Below, one piece after another: positions 1 through 8,620 of a stretch of 27,674 bases of DNA. Each line of letters opens with the position of its first letter. Position 1 is the first letter of the stretch. Made by a program: the position numbers and the translations under genes. Source of the DNA: Candidatus Brocadiia bacterium (GTDB lineage Bacteria > Planctomycetota > Brocadiia > CAIUPP01); the NCBI GenBank assembly GCA_050015075.1, contig JBEKCB010000042.1, forward strand, positions 1 to 27,674, written 5' to 3'. The notes below the pieces were generated by a model, which saw only the letters and a program-made list of their open reading frames with translations, did no database searches and had not been told where the DNA came from.

Positions 1-34
1 AATCCTCCAGCGTCTTTCTCAACACATGCTGCAC
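1..34 (-). CDS. 5' fragment of a CDS running off the left edge (partial)
   Basis: Minus strand reads GGAGGA-N7-GTG CAG CAT GTG TTG AGA AAG ACG CTG GAG GAT, open to the window edge. Confidence 0.45.
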   Translation of the reverse strand, partial: MQHVLRKTLED

Positions 35-142
35 GGGCGTGTCCTCCCAAAAGTGTCCTTGAATCCAACCGGAGGATACGCCCTTTTCTTTCTCCCGACA
101 ATTTACACACGATAGGGTACACTACCAGTTCAGCCGCGCGGC

Positions 143-171
143 TTGACACCGCGCGCATCGGCTCCTATAGT
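143..171 (+). promoter_or_regulatory. sigma70-type promoter
   Basis: TTGACA (143-148), 17 bp spacer, TATAGT (166-171), upstream of GGAG and ATG 224. It makes the ORF-track TTG start at 143 unlikely. Confidence 0.75.
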
Positions 172-223
172 CGAAGCCGCGAGTCGGGCCGCATCCGGGG
201 CTGCATTCTCGGAGACTGGGCGC

Positions 224-1864
224 ATGTCCATCCGGCTCATCTGCGTCTGCGGCTGCGTCATGGCCTTGCCCGAAAAATACGCCGGGCAGCATGTGCAGTG
301 TCCGGACTGCCAGGCGATGCTGCGCATTCCCACCCCCGAAGAAAACCTGTCGCTCACCCGCTGGGTCTGCTCCTGCGGCCAGCGTCTCAAGGCCCGCTCT
401 CGAACAGCCGGGCGGAAGCTGCGCTGCCCGAAATGCTCCTCCGAAGTCACGGTGCCCTTTGCGAAGGAACACACTGCGTTCGTCGAAGAGTATTTCATGC
501 TCGATGACCGGAGCGGCGTCGTGCAGCGCGTTTCGGAGACGCCGCAAGTTGATCTCCCACCGGCGGAGAACACCCCGCCGCCGCCCGCGGAACCGCTCGT
601 GAAGAACCTGCTTTCGGCATGGCCGCCGGAGGCGGATCAAATGCAGGTGCCCGTCGCTTTGGAGCCGGATCCCAGTTCACCCGAGTCGGCGCCTGTCCAC
701 GATGCCGACGACGACGTGACGAGAATCAGTCCCAGAGGGCCGACTTTCCTGGGTGAGATGGGGCGCACGCCGGCGAAGAGCGAGACGGGCGGCGCGGGCG
801 AGCCGCCGAAGAAGTCTCCCGCGCAGCCCGATCGCGTCCGAGAGCAAGCGGTCCGCCCCGCGAAGCCCGCGGCGAAGACACCGCAGCCGGCCGCGGCGGC
901 CCTGGTGAGCGAAGGAGAAGCTTACGCGCAGGACCTGGAAGAAGAGGGCATCCACTCGCCCGAACTTCTTTCCTGCTTCAACATGAAGACCGGCATCGCC
1001 GCGGCCAGAGCCGCCGTCATGCAGGCGCCGAACGGATACGGGCTCTGCGTTCTCTGCGCGCTGCTCGCCGCGTGCATGGTCAATATCGCGCAACTGGCTC
1101 TCAGCGCGACGGCGGGGAACACGCCCGCGGCTGTCGCGTGCCTGGCGTTGCCTTCGCTCTTCAGCGTCTTCCTTTGGGCGGGGTTCGTGGCCTCCGTGAA
1201 GGACGGTGTCTTCGAGCGCAAGATGGGCATCGAACGCATGTTCTACAACGCGGGCATCCATTTCCTGCGGTTCACCGCGACCTCGGTCATGGTGGCCCCG
1301 ATTGCAATCGGCCTGGCTTTGGGCGGCAACGCGGCGATTGAAGCGCTCTGGGGTCCGGCGCTGTTCATCGGGCGGGTCGGCATCGTGGCGCTGGCGTTCG
1401 CCGCCGGGCTTTTCGCGCTGGAACTGCTGCTCATGCCGCCGGTGATTTCCGTGCTGGAGCATCGGAGCGCGTTATCCTCGCTGACGCGCGGCTTGCTGTT
1501 CGGCCTCCGCCACTCCTGGGACCTGGTCAAGATCGCCGCGGCCTCCATGGTCCTCTTCTGGGTGGCAGCGGGCGCGATATATCTTATCGGGTGGGTGTTC
1601 AACTTGCTGCTCGCTTCCGCGCTGCCGGCCTGGCTGTTCGACGCGGCGAAGCAATTCCTGGGCGGACTGCTCGGCGCCGCGCTCATGGCACAGGTTGTGG
1701 CGTCGCTGATGTTCCTCTACCTTTCCCACGTCGGCGACGAGGAGCGCCTGCAGGATATCCGGGACAAGCTGTGTGGGCCGGCGGCCGTTCCCTTGCGCCT
1801 GTACGGGACCATCGCGGCGGCGGCAGTTGCGCTCCTGGCGCTGAGCTGTTTTCGGGCACATTAG
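224..1864 (+). CDS. Membrane protein: two N-terminal zinc ribbons, Pro/Ala-rich linker, multi-pass C-terminal domain
   Basis: MSIRLICVCG...VQCPDC and WVCSCG...LRCPKC; low-complexity P/A/E linker; about 7 hydrophobic segments. RBS GGAG at 211-214. Confidence 0.8.
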   Translation: MSIRLICVCGCVMALPEKYAGQHVQCPDCQAMLRIPTPEENLSLTRWVCSCGQRLKARSRTAGRKLRCPKCSSEVTVPFAKEHTAFVEEYFMLDDRSGVVQRVSETPQVDLPPAENTPPPPAEPLVKNLLSAWPPEADQMQVPVALEPDPSSPESAPVHDADDDVTRISPRGPTFLGEMGRTPAKSETGGAGEPPKKSPAQPDRVREQAVRPAKPAAKTPQPAAAALVSEGEAYAQDLEEEGIHSPELLSCFNMKTGIAAARAAVMQAPNGYGLCVLCALLAACMVNIAQLALSATAGNTPAAVACLALPSLFSVFLWAGFVASVKDGVFERKMGIERMFYNAGIHFLRFTATSVMVAPIAIGLALGGNAAIEALWGPALFIGRVGIVALAFAAGLFALELLLMPPVISVLEHRSALSSLTRGLLFGLRHSWDLVKIAAASMVLFWVAAGAIYLIGWVFNLLLASALPAWLFDAAKQFLGGLLGAALMAQVVASLMFLYLSHVGDEERLQDIRDKLCGPAAVPLRLYGTIAAAAVALLALSCFRAH

Positions 1865-1897
1865 CCGCGCCAACGGCTGCGCGGCTGGTGCATCAAT

Positions 1898-1926
1898 AGA
1901 AAATGCGTGCCGAGCGCGCATTTTCT
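1898..1926. terminator. Hairpin with A-tract/T-tract arms, possible bidirectional terminator
   Basis: AGAAAATGCGTGC-CGA-GCGCGCATTTTCT, about 35 bp after the stop at 1864. Confidence 0.35.
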
Positions 1927-2048
1927 TAGGGGTTGAGCCGAAACCCGCCGCCGGCGACAGGCTCGAAGCCGCGCCCGCCGTCCGCGAAGCTGCGCCGGAC
2001 GCCGCCGTGCCGCAGGCGCCCGCGCAGCCGTGAGGCAGTCCTCCGCGT

Positions 2049-2077
2049 TTGCAATCAGTATGTCCCTCTGCTACGAT
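2049..2077 (+). promoter_or_regulatory. sigma70-type promoter for the yjbQ-tyrS run
   Basis: TTGCAA, 17 bp spacer, TACGAT with an extended -10 TG. Confidence 0.6.
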
Positions 2078-2168
2078 CTTTCCCCGAACCCTGCGTGTTT
2101 GCCGGCGATTCCACCCGAGTGCGCCGCGCACGGCGCACGACTCGTTGACGGGCTCAGTGGAGAGCGGC

Positions 2169-2558
2169 GTGCAAAAGTTGTCCATCCGCAGCCGGGCTCG
2201 GACGGAGATGATTGACATCAGCGCCGAGGTCCAGTGCGCGCTGGAGCAGGAGAAAGCCGGCGCGTCGTTGTGCATGGTCTTCGTGCCGCACACGACGGCG
2301 GCGGTGACGATCAACGAGAACGCCGACCCATCGGTGCGCGCGGACATCCTCGCGGAACTCAACAAGGTCATCCCGTTCGACGACGGTTACACGCACGGCG
2401 AAGGCAACTCCGCCGCGCACGTCAAGGCCAGCCTGGTCGGCTCGTCGGTGAGCGTGCCGGTCGAGGAGGGCCGCCTGTGCCTGGGCACGTGGCAGGCGAT
2501 TTACTTCTGCGAATTCGACGGACCTCGACAGAGACAGGCATGGATCCAGGCGCAATAA
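2169..2558 (+). CDS. yjbQ: YjbQ/UPF0047 family protein (secondary thiamine-phosphate synthase family)
   Basis: PHTTAAVTINEN, HGEGNSAAHVKASL and LGTWQAIYFCEFDGPR motifs. GTG start after GGAGAG chosen over the track's TTG 2049, which is the -35 box. Confidence 0.92.
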   Translation: MQKLSIRSRARTEMIDISAEVQCALEQEKAGASLCMVFVPHTTAAVTINENADPSVRADILAELNKVIPFDDGYTHGEGNSAAHVKASLVGSSVSVPVEEGRLCLGTWQAIYFCEFDGPRQRQAWIQAQ

Positions 2559-2570
2559 ATGACGCGGGCT
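2490..2570 (+). repeat. Direct repeat copy 1 (yjbQ 3' end plus copy of the CPBP gene start)
   Basis: 81 bp, 71/81 identical to 2979-3059, ungapped. Confidence 0.92.
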
Positions 2571-2698
2571 GGATACACAACTGCGAGATTGACGCGCCAA
2601 GCGATTTCGCCTTTCGGCTGTCATGCCCTGTTGATAGAATGATGCGCGCGCCTACGGTTTGGCAGATTATCTGACAAGCTTCATGAGGTGGTTGCGTC

Positions 2699-2917
2699 AT
2701 GCCATCGGCATGTCCCAAGTGTAAAGGGGAGATGATTCAAGGAAGGGTTAGTGCCGGTATCCCCTTCGCCTTCAAGACCGACCAGCAGGGATTATTCCCT
2801 TCTGGCGAACTCATCCAGAAGGCATTCGCTTGTCCAGCCTGCGGCTACGTGGAGTTGTATCTGGATGCGGCAGAACTCAAAGCACAACATGCGGCGGAAC
2901 TCAAAGCACAACGATGA
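2699..2917 (+). CDS. Small zinc-ribbon protein
   Basis: CPKCKGEM...AFACPACGYVELY; RBS GAGGTGG; extended -10 TGaTAGAAT at 2632-2640; visibly more AT-rich than the flanks. Confidence 0.8.
   Translation: MPSACPKCKGEMIQGRVSAGIPFAFKTDQQGLFPSGELIQKAFACPACGYVELYLDAAELKAQHAAELKAQR
2865..2912 (+). repeat. 24-bp tandem duplication within the small gene (AAELKAQ twice)
   Basis: ATGCGGCAGAACTCAAAGCACAAC followed by ATGCGGCGGAACTCAAAGCACAAC, one mismatch. Confidence 0.9.
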
Positions 2918-2978
2918 TAGTGGCAGGACGATTCCACCTGTTACTCGGTATTTTCTGAATACTCAGCAAATAACCGGC

Positions 2979-3059
2979 TGGCAGGCCATTTACTTCTGCG
3001 AATTCGACGGCCCTCGGCAGAGAGAGGTATGGATACAGACGCGATAGATGGCGCGGGCT
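2979..3059 (+). repeat. Direct repeat copy 2 (orphan yjbQ 3' fragment overlapping the CPBP start)
   Basis: Encodes WQAIYFCEFDGPRQREVWIQTR*, compared with WQAIYFCEFDGPRQRQAWIQAQ* in yjbQ. Confidence 0.92.
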
Positions 3060-4189
3060 CGGCTGGAACGAACGCGGGCGGCAAGCCGGCGCGCGCGCCC
3101 GCGGAAAAGGTCCGCGACTTCCTGAAGACCCAGGCGCTCTACGTCGCGGTGGTCCTCCTGGTCATCGTCCTGGGCGGCATGAGGACCTGGAAGGAATTCC
3201 GCGCGCAGGAAGAAGAGCGGCGGACGGGGCAACCTCGGGAGAATGCGGGCCCATACCCGCTCCTTCAGAAAGACCTCGATAAGCAAGCGAAGGACCGCCT
3301 GGCCGTGGCGCTGACTCGTCCCGAAGACCGGTTCCGCCGCGCGGCGGCGTTCGTCGAGGCCGTCGAGTCGCTGAACCAGTACCTGCTTTGGGGCGGCGCC
3401 GCGCTGGCGCTGGCGCTTGGATTCTCCTGGGCGCTGCGCGGCCGAAGCGCGGCGCAGCCGGCCTGGCCCGATCCGCCGTGGGGACTGTGGGACGTCGCCA
3501 AGGTTGCGGCGCTGTGGGCGGCCGGCGCGGAGCTGCTCCACACGAGGCTGTTCTTTCCTCTGAATCCCGCACGGCCGTTCGCCGTCCCCGGCGACTGGGT
3601 CGCCGAGATCTTCATCGCCGCCCTGCTCGCGGGCGCGACGATCCACATCGTCGTCGCGGAGCGCGGCGGACATCTGCGCGATCTCGGCATCCGGGGCAAG
3701 TTCTTCGGCGGCGTCGGGATCGGCCTGATCGCGTTCGTGGTGGTTCAGCCGTTCCTTCAACTGGTCGTCCTCCTGGAGGAGCGCGCCGCGCGGAGCGGAT
3801 GGATCCCGGAAATCCCTGTGCAGCAGATTATCCAGGTGATAGCGAAGACGCGGTCCGCATCGGTGCTGGCGCTCGCGGCGATTGTTGCGGTCGTGGCGGC
3901 GCCGATCTCGGAAGAGCTGCTCTTCCGCGGTTTCCTTCAACCGGCGATCGGGCGTTGGACCGGGCGCGGGTCGGCCATCGTCCTCAGCGCGGCCTTTTTC
4001 GCCGCGGCGCACATGGACCTCTACGCAATGCCCTTGCTCCTGATCCTGGGCATCGCGCTGGCCTGGGTCTATGACCGGACCCGGTCGTTGGCGGCGCCCG
4101 TGGCGCTCCACATGGCTTTCAACGGCATGACGCTGCTTTCCGTCTTCGCGTTCCGCGGCCTTGTGACCGTGCTGCGCGGGCCACATTAG
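3029..4189 (+). CDS. CPBP family (Abi/CAAX) intramembrane glutamic endopeptidase
   Basis: APISEELLFRG, FFAAAH and LHMAFN motifs; multiple transmembrane segments. Confidence 0.9.
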   Translation: MDTDAIDGAGSAGTNAGGKPARAPAEKVRDFLKTQALYVAVVLLVIVLGGMRTWKEFRAQEEERRTGQPRENAGPYPLLQKDLDKQAKDRLAVALTRPEDRFRRAAAFVEAVESLNQYLLWGGAALALALGFSWALRGRSAAQPAWPDPPWGLWDVAKVAALWAAGAELLHTRLFFPLNPARPFAVPGDWVAEIFIAALLAGATIHIVVAERGGHLRDLGIRGKFFGGVGIGLIAFVVVQPFLQLVVLLEERAARSGWIPEIPVQQIIQVIAKTRSASVLALAAIVAVVAAPISEELLFRGFLQPAIGRWTGRGSAIVLSAAFFAAAHMDLYAMPLLLILGIALAWVYDRTRSLAAPVALHMAFNGMTLLSVFAFRGLVTVLRGPH

Positions 4190-4191
4190 AA

Positions 4192-5424
4192 ATGGAGCGG
4201 AGCACCGTGTTTGCGGAAACCGCCGTTCAGTTGAAACAGATCGAACGCGGGGTCGCCGAGATCTTTCCGCGCGAGGACCTCGTCTCGAAGCTCGAGAAGT
4301 CTCGCCGGGAGAACCGGCCTCTCCGGATCAAGTTGGGCATTGACCCCACGTCCTCGGACATCCACCTCGGCCACGCCGTCCCGCTGAACAAGCTCAAGCA
4401 CTTCCAGGACCTCGGCCACCAGGTCGTCCTGATCATCGGCGACTACACCGGCATGGTCGGCGATCCCAGCGGGCGCGACGCCACGCGGCCGCAATTGACG
4501 CACGAGGCGGTGATGCAGCACGCGCAGACCTACCTCGACCAGGTCGGCAAGGTCCTGGACCGCGCGCGGACCGAGGTCGTCTACAACGGCGACTGGTTCT
4601 CGAAGATGAGCTTCCTGGACGTCATCCGCCTGGCGGCGAAAGCGACGGTGGCGCGCATCCTCGAGCGCGACGACTTCCTGAAGCGCTACAAGGCCGGCGA
4701 GCCGATCTCGCTGCATGAGTTCATGTATCCGCTCATGCAGGGGCATGACTCGGTGATGGTGCGCGCGGACGTGGAGATCGGCGGGACCGACCAACGGTTC
4801 AACCTGCTCGTCGGCCGCCAGTTCCAGAAGGATGCCGGCCAGGAGCCGCAGGTGGCGCTCACGCTGCCGCTGCTCGTCGGGACGGACGGCGTCCAGAAGA
4901 TGAGCAAGAGCTACGGGAACTACATCGGCATCAGCGAGCCGCCCGCCGTCATGTTCGGGAAGACGATGTCCGTCCCGGACGCGCTGCTGCGTTCCTATTT
5001 CGACCTGGCCAGCGACCTGCCGGCGGAGCAGGTGGAGCGCCTTCTGGCCGGCGACCCGATGAAAGCCAAGCTGGCGCTGGCGTGCGCCATCGTCGAACGG
5101 TATCATGGCGCGGACGCCGCGCGCGAGGCGGCGGCCCGGTTCGACCGCGAGGTCCGCCACAAGGAAGCGCCGGCCGACGTGCCGGAAGTGCGCGTGCCGC
5201 CGGAGCTGCTCGCCGACGGCAAGATCTGGATCGCGCGGCTGATCGTCCATTGCGGAATGGCCGCCAGCACGAGCGAGGCCAAGCGCCTCGTCGAACAGGG
5301 CGCCGTATCCATGGACGGGCAGGTCGTCACCGATTCGGGCCTGGAAGTGGCGCCGCATCCCGGCTTCCTGCTCAAGGCGGGGAAGCGCAAGTTCGCCCGG
5401 GTGACCGCGCAGGAGAAAAAATGA
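4192..5424 (+). CDS. tyrS: Tyrosine--tRNA ligase
   Basis: KLGIDPT, HLGH (HIGH motif), YPLMQGHD, GGTDQRFN, KMSKS and a C-terminal S4 domain ending GKRKF. Confidence 0.97.
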   Translation: MERSTVFAETAVQLKQIERGVAEIFPREDLVSKLEKSRRENRPLRIKLGIDPTSSDIHLGHAVPLNKLKHFQDLGHQVVLIIGDYTGMVGDPSGRDATRPQLTHEAVMQHAQTYLDQVGKVLDRARTEVVYNGDWFSKMSFLDVIRLAAKATVARILERDDFLKRYKAGEPISLHEFMYPLMQGHDSVMVRADVEIGGTDQRFNLLVGRQFQKDAGQEPQVALTLPLLVGTDGVQKMSKSYGNYIGISEPPAVMFGKTMSVPDALLRSYFDLASDLPAEQVERLLAGDPMKAKLALACAIVERYHGADAAREAAARFDREVRHKEAPADVPEVRVPPELLADGKIWIARLIVHCGMAASTSEAKRLVEQGAVSMDGQVVTDSGLEVAPHPGFLLKAGKRKFARVTAQEKK

Positions 5425-5425
5425 C

Positions 5426-6490
5426 ATGAAGACCTACGGCTTCGCCATCGTCGGATGCGGGATGATCAGCGAGTACCACGCCGCCGCCATCGCGGATCTG
5501 CCGAACGCGCGGCTGGTCGCCGGCGCGGACATCGTGGAGAAGAACCGCAAGAAGTTTTCGGAGAAGCACGGCTGCGACACGGTGGCGGATTACAATGACT
5601 TGATGAGCCGCAAAGACGTTGACGTCGTGTGCGTGTGCACGCCGAGCGGCGCGCACCTGGAGCCGGCCGTGGCCGCCGCGCGCGGCCGAAAGCACGTGAT
5701 CGTCGAGAAGCCCATCGAAATCACGCTCGATCGCGCTGACGCGGTCATCCGCGCTTGCGACGAGAACCGCGTCCAGGTCTGCACGATCTTCCCCTACCGT
5801 TTCACCGAAGGCGCCATCGCGCTGAAGGCGGCCATCGCCCAGGGCCGGTTCGGGCGGATCACGGTCGGCGACGCCTACAACAAGTGGTGGCGCACGCAGG
5901 CGTATTACGACAGCGGCGCGTGGCGCGGCACGTGGAAGCTCGACGGCGGCGGCGCGGTGATGAACCAGGGCATCCATGCCGTGGACCTGATCCAGTGGTA
6001 CCTCGGGCCGGTCGCGAACATCTGCTCGTTCGCCGGCTGCCTGGCGCACGAGCGCATCGAGGTCGAGGACACCGCCGTGGCCGCGGTCCGGTACCGCAGC
6101 GGCGCGTTGGGCGTGCTCGAGTGCACCACTTCGATCTATCCGGGCCTGTCGCGCAAGATTGAAATCCACGGCGACAAGGGCACGGTGATCATGGCGGACG
6201 AGACGTTCATCCAGTGGGAATTCGCCGAGGAGCGCCCGGAGGACAAGGATATCCGCGCGCGGCTCGCGTTCGGCAAGGGCATGGTCGGCGCCGGCGCGGC
6301 CGACCCGAGCGCGATCAGTTACGTCCACCACCGGGAACAGATCAAGGACTTCCTCCGCGCCATCGAGACCGGCACGCAACCCGTTTGCGACGGCCGCGAG
6401 GGCCGGAAATCCGTGGAGATCATCATGGCGCTCTACCGTTCGTCGCGCCAAGGCCAGTACGTCACATTGCCGCTCGCGCCGGAAGCCTGA
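5426..6490 (+). CDS. Gfo/Idh/MocA family oxidoreductase
   Basis: IVGCGMI, CTPSGAH, HVIVEKP, WRGTWKLDGGGAVMNQGIH. Confidence 0.93.
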   Translation: MKTYGFAIVGCGMISEYHAAAIADLPNARLVAGADIVEKNRKKFSEKHGCDTVADYNDLMSRKDVDVVCVCTPSGAHLEPAVAAARGRKHVIVEKPIEITLDRADAVIRACDENRVQVCTIFPYRFTEGAIALKAAIAQGRFGRITVGDAYNKWWRTQAYYDSGAWRGTWKLDGGGAVMNQGIHAVDLIQWYLGPVANICSFAGCLAHERIEVEDTAVAAVRYRSGALGVLECTTSIYPGLSRKIEIHGDKGTVIMADETFIQWEFAEERPEDKDIRARLAFGKGMVGAGAADPSAISYVHHREQIKDFLRAIETGTQPVCDGREGRKSVEIIMALYRSSRQGQYVTLPLAPEA

Positions 6491-6525
6491 GCGGCCGGAT
6501 GCCACATCGAAAAAAGGATCATGAG

Positions 6526-7188
6526 ATGAGAAAAATGAATCGCCTTCTCCTGTGCGCGTTGCCGCTGTTGCTGGCAGCCGGGTGCATCACGTCGAGTTCG
6601 AAGGAGCAAGCCGTCAAAAAATGCCTGGCCCAGGCGACCGAGCGGGAAAAAGACGGAGACTTTCAGGGCGCGCTGACCCAGCTCAACCAGGCGCTGGCGC
6701 TGGATCCGGAGAACGGAAGCGCCCTGGCGCGCCGAGGGATGGTGAAGACCAAGCTCAACGACACCGATGACGCCCTCAAGGATTTCGACTTGGCGATCCA
6801 GCTCCAGCCGGACAATTTCAGCGCCTATCTGGGCCGCGGGCTGCTGCACCGGCAATTGAAAGACACCGCGGCGTCGCTGGCGGACCTGAACGAGGCCATC
6901 AAGCTGGCTCCGAAAGGAGCGTTCCTCTACCTGGCGCGCGGCCGGACTTACGCCGAGGCCGGCCTGACGAAAAAAGCGATCGAGGACTTCACGCAGGCCC
7001 TGCAACTGGACCCAGCGGCGTATGGCGCGTACATGGAGCGCGCCTACGCCAACATGACGCTCAGGCAGAACGATCGCGCGATCTCCGATCTCCGGTACGT
7101 TCAGAAAAATGCAAAGGATCCGGTGTTCGTCCAACGCGCCCGCGAACTTCTGGATCAACTGTCTGAAACGCCGGGCAACCCGCGTTGA
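6526..7188 (+). CDS. TPR-repeat lipoprotein
   Basis: Signal peptide with lipobox LAAG-C; about 5 TPR repeats (ALALDP, AIQLQP, AIKLAP, ALQLDP). Start could also be 6535 or 6499. Confidence 0.85.
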   Translation: MRKMNRLLLCALPLLLAAGCITSSSKEQAVKKCLAQATEREKDGDFQGALTQLNQALALDPENGSALARRGMVKTKLNDTDDALKDFDLAIQLQPDNFSAYLGRGLLHRQLKDTAASLADLNEAIKLAPKGAFLYLARGRTYAEAGLTKKAIEDFTQALQLDPAAYGAYMERAYANMTLRQNDRAISDLRYVQKNAKDPVFVQRARELLDQLSETPGNPR

Positions 7189-7210
7189 CCGACCGCCGGC
7201 AAGGCCAGCA

Positions 7211-8614
7211 ATGCTTCGACAGCGCACACGCGCCCTTCAAGCCGCCATCGCCGTCACGGACGCCGCCGCGACCGTGGCCGCCTTCTTCGGCACCTATTAC
7301 GGCGCGGGCTTCCTGCCTGAGCGCTGGCTCGGCCTGAAGGCCGTCCTCCCGATTTCCCAGTATCTCTGGGTCCTCATCATCAGCGTTCCGCTCTGGTGGG
7401 TCCTGTTCGGGTTCTTCGGCTGCTATGACTTCTCGCCGATCGAGCAGGCGCGCGACAGCCTCCTGCGGATGGCGGCGCCGCTGGCCGTGGGCGCGCTCTC
7501 CATCGGCGCGGCGGCGTTCTTCTCGAAAGAGCCGCTCTTCAGCCGCCGCGTGGTCGGCGCGTTCCTGGTCGGCAACATCGCGCTGCTTATCGCCGGCCGC
7601 ATCGCGGCGCTCAAGACCGCGTCGCGCTTCTACCGGGCCACGGGCGCGCTGCGCCGCGTGCTCGTCGTCGGCGTGGGAGAAGCCGCGCGGGAATTCGGCG
7701 AGACCGTGCGCCGCGCCGGCTGGGGGCTGGAGTTCGCAGGGCACGTCGCCCCGTCGGCCGAGACGAGGACTCCGGAATGCGTGGGCGTGATTTCCGAGCT
7801 TCCGAAAATCCTCGACGAGCGCGCGGTGGACGACGTGGTCATCGCCGACACGGGCGGCGACCTCGCCGCCGTCCAGCGGGTGATCCACGACTGCGAAGAG
7901 GTCGGCGTCAGCATCCACATCCCGTCGCGGTTCTTCGCCGCGGCGCCGAGCCGGCCGCACCTCGAGGCGTTCAGCGGCATCCGCATGCTGACCTTCACCA
8001 CGGCGCCGTACAACCCGGTCGCGCTGGGCATCAAGCGCGCGGCGGACTTGGTTGGGGCCATCGTGCTGCTGGTCCTGCTCGCGGTTCCGATGCTCATCTT
8101 CGCGCTCATCGTCAAGCTCACCTCGCCCGGCCCGGTCTTCTTCAAGCAGCGCCGCAGCGGGCTGTACGGGCGCGAGTTCACCCTGTACAAGTTCCGGTCC
8201 ATGGTCGCCGACGCCGAGCAGCGCCGCGCGGAACTGGCGGCGGCCAACGAGATGGGCGGCCCCGTCTTCAAGATTCGCCACGACCCGCGCATCACTCCCT
8301 TCGGGCGCGTCCTCCGGCGCTACAGCCTCGACGAGCTGCCGCAACTTTGGAACGTACTCAAGGGCGACATGAGCCTCATCGGCCCCCGGCCGCCGCTCCC
8401 GAGCGAGGTGCAGCGGTACGAACGCTGGCAGCGGCGGCGGCTCTCCATGCGGCCCGGCCTCACCTGCATCTGGCAGGTGACCGACCGCAACCGTGCCACC
8501 TTCGAGAAGTGGATGGAGTACGACCTCGACTACATTGACCACTGGTCGCTCTGGCTGGACTTCAAGATCGCGCTGCGGACGATCCCGGCGGTGCTGAAGG
8601 GAACGGGCGTGTGA
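7211..8614 (+). CDS. Polyprenyl-phosphate sugar phosphotransferase (WcaJ/WbaP-like priming glycosyltransferase)
   Basis: N-terminal TM segments, Rossmann-like middle domain, KRAADL, KFRSM, DPRIT, SLDELPQLWNVLKGDMSLIGPRP, RPGLTCIWQV. Confidence 0.92.
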   Translation: MLRQRTRALQAAIAVTDAAATVAAFFGTYYGAGFLPERWLGLKAVLPISQYLWVLIISVPLWWVLFGFFGCYDFSPIEQARDSLLRMAAPLAVGALSIGAAAFFSKEPLFSRRVVGAFLVGNIALLIAGRIAALKTASRFYRATGALRRVLVVGVGEAAREFGETVRRAGWGLEFAGHVAPSAETRTPECVGVISELPKILDERAVDDVVIADTGGDLAAVQRVIHDCEEVGVSIHIPSRFFAAAPSRPHLEAFSGIRMLTFTTAPYNPVALGIKRAADLVGAIVLLVLLAVPMLIFALIVKLTSPGPVFFKQRRSGLYGREFTLYKFRSMVADAEQRRAELAAANEMGGPVFKIRHDPRITPFGRVLRRYSLDELPQLWNVLKGDMSLIGPRPPLPSEVQRYERWQRRRLSMRPGLTCIWQVTDRNRATFEKWMEYDLDYIDHWSLWLDFKIALRTIPAVLKGTGV

Positions 8615-8620
8615 AGGGAC

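Noticed and set aside
2751-3047. 98-aa ORF as a real gene or second yjbQ
   Set aside because: It overlaps the zinc-ribbon gene out of frame, and only its last 22 codons are the duplicated yjbQ tail.
2490-3059. Diversity-generating retroelement TR/VR pair
   Set aside because: Only 5 of 10 mismatches have A in copy 1 (2 of 10 in copy 2), so they are not adenine-specific, and there is no reverse transcriptase in the window.
4192-5424. Functional link between tyrS and tyrosine-consuming HydG
   Set aside because: They are about 18 kb apart in separate transcription units, with no shared regulatory signal seen.
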